From Candidatus Altarchaeum sp. CG2_30_32_3053 (GTDB lineage Archaea; Altiarchaeota; Altiarchaeia; Altiarchaeales; Altiarchaeaceae), in contig MNZY01000237.1 in the NCBI GenBank assembly GCA_001873845.1, forward strand, positions 1 through 42,453: a DNA stretch of 42,453 nucleotides. The letters are read 5' to 3'. A program made the translations under genes and the position numbers. The notes beneath the pieces were generated by a model. The model was not told the origin of the DNA, ran no database searches, and worked only from the letters and a program-made list of their open reading frames with translations. Positions 39,637-42,453 of the stretch are shown one piece after another; within the stretch, counting starts at the first letter, position 1; each line of letters starts with the position of its first letter.

Positions 39637-42453
39637 ATGGATAAAAAAATTTTATTTATAGGTTTAGTAATAATTATTGTGGCACACATATACTCAGTAT
39701 CGGCCGACAATTGTTCTGCGACAGTATCCGGAAATGTAAATTTTTATGGACAAAATAACAGTGTGGCAATAAATGCAACGATACAAATAATTAGCGGATT
39801 CAACATATTAAATTCCACACAAACAGACGAAAATGGATTTTATAACACAAGTATTTCTTTTAGTGGCACATCAAAAAACATAGCCATAAAAATGATAAAA
39901 GAAGGAGCTTATAGTTCAGAGGGAAAAAATTATACTTGGATCATTGATATGAATAATATGGCTTCAATTAATTGCAGTGATAATATTTCTAGAAATTATT
40001 CTATTGAAAAGTGTTTATCAGCAATTCCTTATAAAGGATCTATCAAATACGAAAACTTTGATAATATTTATGAAAAAGATGATGGAGATGAAGTAAAAAT
40101 ACATTTAGCAGCGATTCCAAGAGACAGTGGAGGAATATATATAGAAGATACAAATTTTACAAAGACGGATGAAAATGGTTCTGCTTATGTTCTATCCACA
40201 GATACATACACTTTTTGGCCAATGAATTTATATCTATGGGCAGAGCCAACAAAAAATTATTATTATAGGATATTTGATGAGGATAATTTTGTTGCCATCA
40301 GCTCTCCAAATTATACATCTTTAGCGAGTTGTAGTTCGTCTACTACAGATATAACAAAGAATTTTATAAGATTTTCAAGAAAAAATACAAGCGATAACTG
40401 CAATTATGATGATGAATGCAAAAGTAATATATGTTATAATGGAAATTGTGCATCATCAAAGAAAAATATTAATGAAACATGCGCATCAAATGATGAATGT
40501 TCAAGCAACAATTGCAACAATTACAGCCACAGATGTCTTCCAAATATAACAAATTTCTGCTACAGTGATAATGATTGCTGCAATTCATCTTCATTTAATG
40601 ATGGCTTATGTAATTTAATTCAGTTCTGTAACAGCACAAATTTCTGTCAAAACGCCATGTCAAATTCAAATGTTTCAAATTCAAATATAACTGATGGAGC
40701 AATTGTAAGTAATTCAACAATAAACAAGTCAAATGTTAATAATTCCATAGTAAATCATTCTACATTGATATACTCAATGATAAAGAACTCAACAGTAAAC
40801 AATTCAAGCTTATACGCATCAGTTGTATTAATAAGCAGCATTACAAACAATTCAGCATTATATAACTCCACAGCAAACAATTCAATAATAAGTAACTCAA
40901 CAGTACAAAATTCAAACATAGCTAATTCGTCTGCATTAAATAGCACCATTACAAACAATTCAGCATTTTATAATTCAACAGCAAACAATTCAATAATAAG
41001 TAACTCAACAATTGCTAATGCAACAATAACACATTCTCAACTTACAAATTCAGCATCAGTCAATTCATTAATTAACAATTCCTTTACTAATAATTCAATA
41101 GTAAATAATTCAATAGTAAATAATTCAATAGTAAATAATTCAACAATAACCGAACAATCAGTCCTTTACAATTCAACCATCAACACTTCAAACCTTACTG
41201 ATTCAAATGTTTCAAATTCAAATATAACCGAAAATTCAACACTTTACAATTCAACAATCATAAATTCAAATTTGATTGATAGTAATGCATCAAATTTAAC
41301 TGCAAGCAATTCGCATATGACAAATTCAACAATCGTCAATGCAACAATATTAAATTCTCAACTTACATATTCAACATCAGTCAATTCATCAATTAATAAT
41401 TCCTTTATTAATAATTCAGCAGTAAATAATTCATCAGTAAATAATTCAACAATAACCGAACAATCAATCCTTTACAATTCAACCATCAACACTTCAAACC
41501 TTACTGATTCAAATGTTTCAAATTCAAATATAACAAACGAAGCAAGTGTAAGTAACTCAACAATAAATAATTCAGAATTATATAACTCCACAATAGGAAA
41601 TTCAATAATAAACAACTCAACCGCGTCTGTTTCAAATGTTTCAAATTCAACTATAACCGAAAATTCAACCTTTTACAATTCAACAATTGCTAATTCAGAA
41701 ATATTAAATTCTCAACTTACAAATTCAACATCAGTCAATTCATCAATTAACAATTCCTTTACTAATAATTCAATAGTAAATAATTCATCAATTATTAGTT
41801 CAGAAATATCAAATTCATCACTTCCATCCGGATTAAACATTACCCACGCAATAATAAATAACAACATTATAACAAGCGGAAATGTAATAACCGCCGATGG
41901 AACAAATGTAACAGTAAATGTAAAAACATCTGGAACTTACATAAACGGAACATTTTACAATAATACTTATGCTATAATTTATCAAAATGGTACAGTTGCT
42001 ACTGTTGCGCCGTTGCAAGGAAACAACATAACCGGCTCAACTATTGATAACATTTCAAGCATTGGCAATTCAAATGTTACCTATTCAAATGTGACAAATT
42101 CAACTATAAGCAATTCAAACTTAGATAACTCAACGGTAAATAATTCAATTGTAACAAACGGTTTAGAAGTAAGTAATTCAACTATAAGTGATTCAAATGT
42201 AAACAATTCAACTGTAACCGATTCAAATATTTCAAATTCAAATATTACAGATTCTACATTAGATAATTCAACTACAGGCAATTCAACAATTGCTAATTCA
42301 GAAATATTAAATTCTCAACTTGCAAATTCAGCATTAGTCAATTCATCAATTAACTATTCCTCTATTAATAATTCAATAGTAAATAATTCATCAGTAAATA
42401 ATTCAGCAATAACAGAACAATCAATTCTTTACAATTCAACCATCAGCACTTCA
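39637..42453 (+). CDS. Partial (>=939 aa, 3' end outside the window) secreted paralog of the 38274 gene, with a long N-S-x-[ILV] pentapeptide-like solenoid in place of the dockerin
   Basis: It is not in the ORF track because no stop is reached. I translated it codon by codon from ATG 39637 to 42453 (2817 nt, 939 codons) and found no in-frame stop. The N-terminus MDKKILFIGLVIIIVAHIYSVSA|DNCSATVSGNVNFYGQNNSVAINATIQIISGFNILNSTQTDENGFYNTSISFSGTSKNI aligns closely with the 38274 product. Confidence 0.85.
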   Translation, partial: MDKKILFIGLVIIIVAHIYSVSADNCSATVSGNVNFYGQNNSVAINATIQIISGFNILNSTQTDENGFYNTSISFSGTSKNIAIKMIKEGAYSSEGKNYTWIIDMNNMASINCSDNISRNYSIEKCLSAIPYKGSIKYENFDNIYEKDDGDEVKIHLAAIPRDSGGIYIEDTNFTKTDENGSAYVLSTDTYTFWPMNLYLWAEPTKNYYYRIFDEDNFVAISSPNYTSLASCSSSTTDITKNFIRFSRKNTSDNCNYDDECKSNICYNGNCASSKKNINETCASNDECSSNNCNNYSHRCLPNITNFCYSDNDCCNSSSFNDGLCNLIQFCNSTNFCQNAMSNSNVSNSNITDGAIVSNSTINKSNVNNSIVNHSTLIYSMIKNSTVNNSSLYASVVLISSITNNSALYNSTANNSIISNSTVQNSNIANSSALNSTITNNSAFYNSTANNSIISNSTIANATITHSQLTNSASVNSLINNSFTNNSIVNNSIVNNSIVNNSTITEQSVLYNSTINTSNLTDSNVSNSNITENSTLYNSTIINSNLIDSNASNLTASNSHMTNSTIVNATILNSQLTYSTSVNSSINNSFINNSAVNNSSVNNSTITEQSILYNSTINTSNLTDSNVSNSNITNEASVSNSTINNSELYNSTIGNSIINNSTASVSNVSNSTITENSTFYNSTIANSEILNSQLTNSTSVNSSINNSFTNNSIVNNSSIISSEISNSSLPSGLNITHAIINNNIITSGNVITADGTNVTVNVKTSGTYINGTFYNNTYAIIYQNGTVATVAPLQGNNITGSTIDNISSIGNSNVTYSNVTNSTISNSNLDNSTVNNSIVTNGLEVSNSTISDSNVNNSTVTDSNISNSNITDSTLDNSTTGNSTIANSEILNSQLANSALVNSSINYSSINNSIVNNSSVNNSAITEQSILYNSTISTS
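40660..42453 (+). repeat. Coding 15-nt (pentapeptide) periodic repeat array with ~100-nt higher-order repeats, interrupted at ~41815-42040
   Basis: The AATTCA (Asn-Ser) hexamer recurs about every 15 nt. gtaaataattcaata appears twice in exact tandem from 41101, and a third copy matches in its first 12 nt. Long near-identical blocks lie at 41134-41229 and 41440-41535 (period 306), with a partial copy at 42397-42453. A second block family starts near 41009, 41327, 41686 and 42286. Confidence 0.9.

Noticed and set aside
1-42453. A mobile element, prophage or genomic island accounting for the giant genes.
   Set aside because: I could not recognise any integrase, transposase, terminal inverted repeats, flanking tRNA or phage structural genes. 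Composition looks uniform across the window.

Overview
The window is very AT-rich (roughly 30% GC by eye) and all credible genes are on the + strand. About 82% of it (34.7 of 42.5 kb) is three giant ORFs of 5585, 2118 and 3852 aa. Each starts with a signal-peptide-like segment. Each is built largely from DUF11 / 'conserved repeat domain' units (PG..V.Y.I.V.N.G...A.NV.I.D.LP.GF.Y). Each is saturated with N-x-S/T sequons and Cys-rich loops, and each ends in the same tandem C-terminal module (GWNLI[SG].P ... YTDVFTY.D[RK]W.YKS.YMNKWFGDL ... GKGYWIKV, twice). I cannot assign that module to a named family.

Smaller secreted proteins flank the giants:
- A Q/N/S/T tandem-repeat 'stalk' protein with a C-terminal membrane anchor (2017..2922).
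- Two tandem paralogs with the same N-terminal domain and Cys-rich knots but different C-termini. One has a textbook twin-EF-hand dockerin (38274..39557). The other has a very long pentapeptide-like x-N-S-x-[ILV] solenoid in which almost every rung carries a glycosylation sequon (39637 to the window end, no stop, so absent from the ORF track).
- At the 5' end, an overlapping pair of small membrane proteins, the first with a degenerate PLD-like H-x-K motif.

I found no rRNA or tRNA genes, CRISPR arrays, transposases, integrases or metabolic genes. Sequon density, missing Shine-Dalgarno motifs, oligo-T terminators and AT-rich TATA-like upstream regions suggest an archaeal origin, possibly a small-genome episymbiont. 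That origin is inference only.

My main hypothesis is a multi-component cell-surface or attachment apparatus that has not been described. In it, giant DUF11 fibres share a common C-terminal assembly or anchoring module, and small partners carry a dockerin or a glyco-solenoid. All domain names come from motif recognition by eye; no searches were run.
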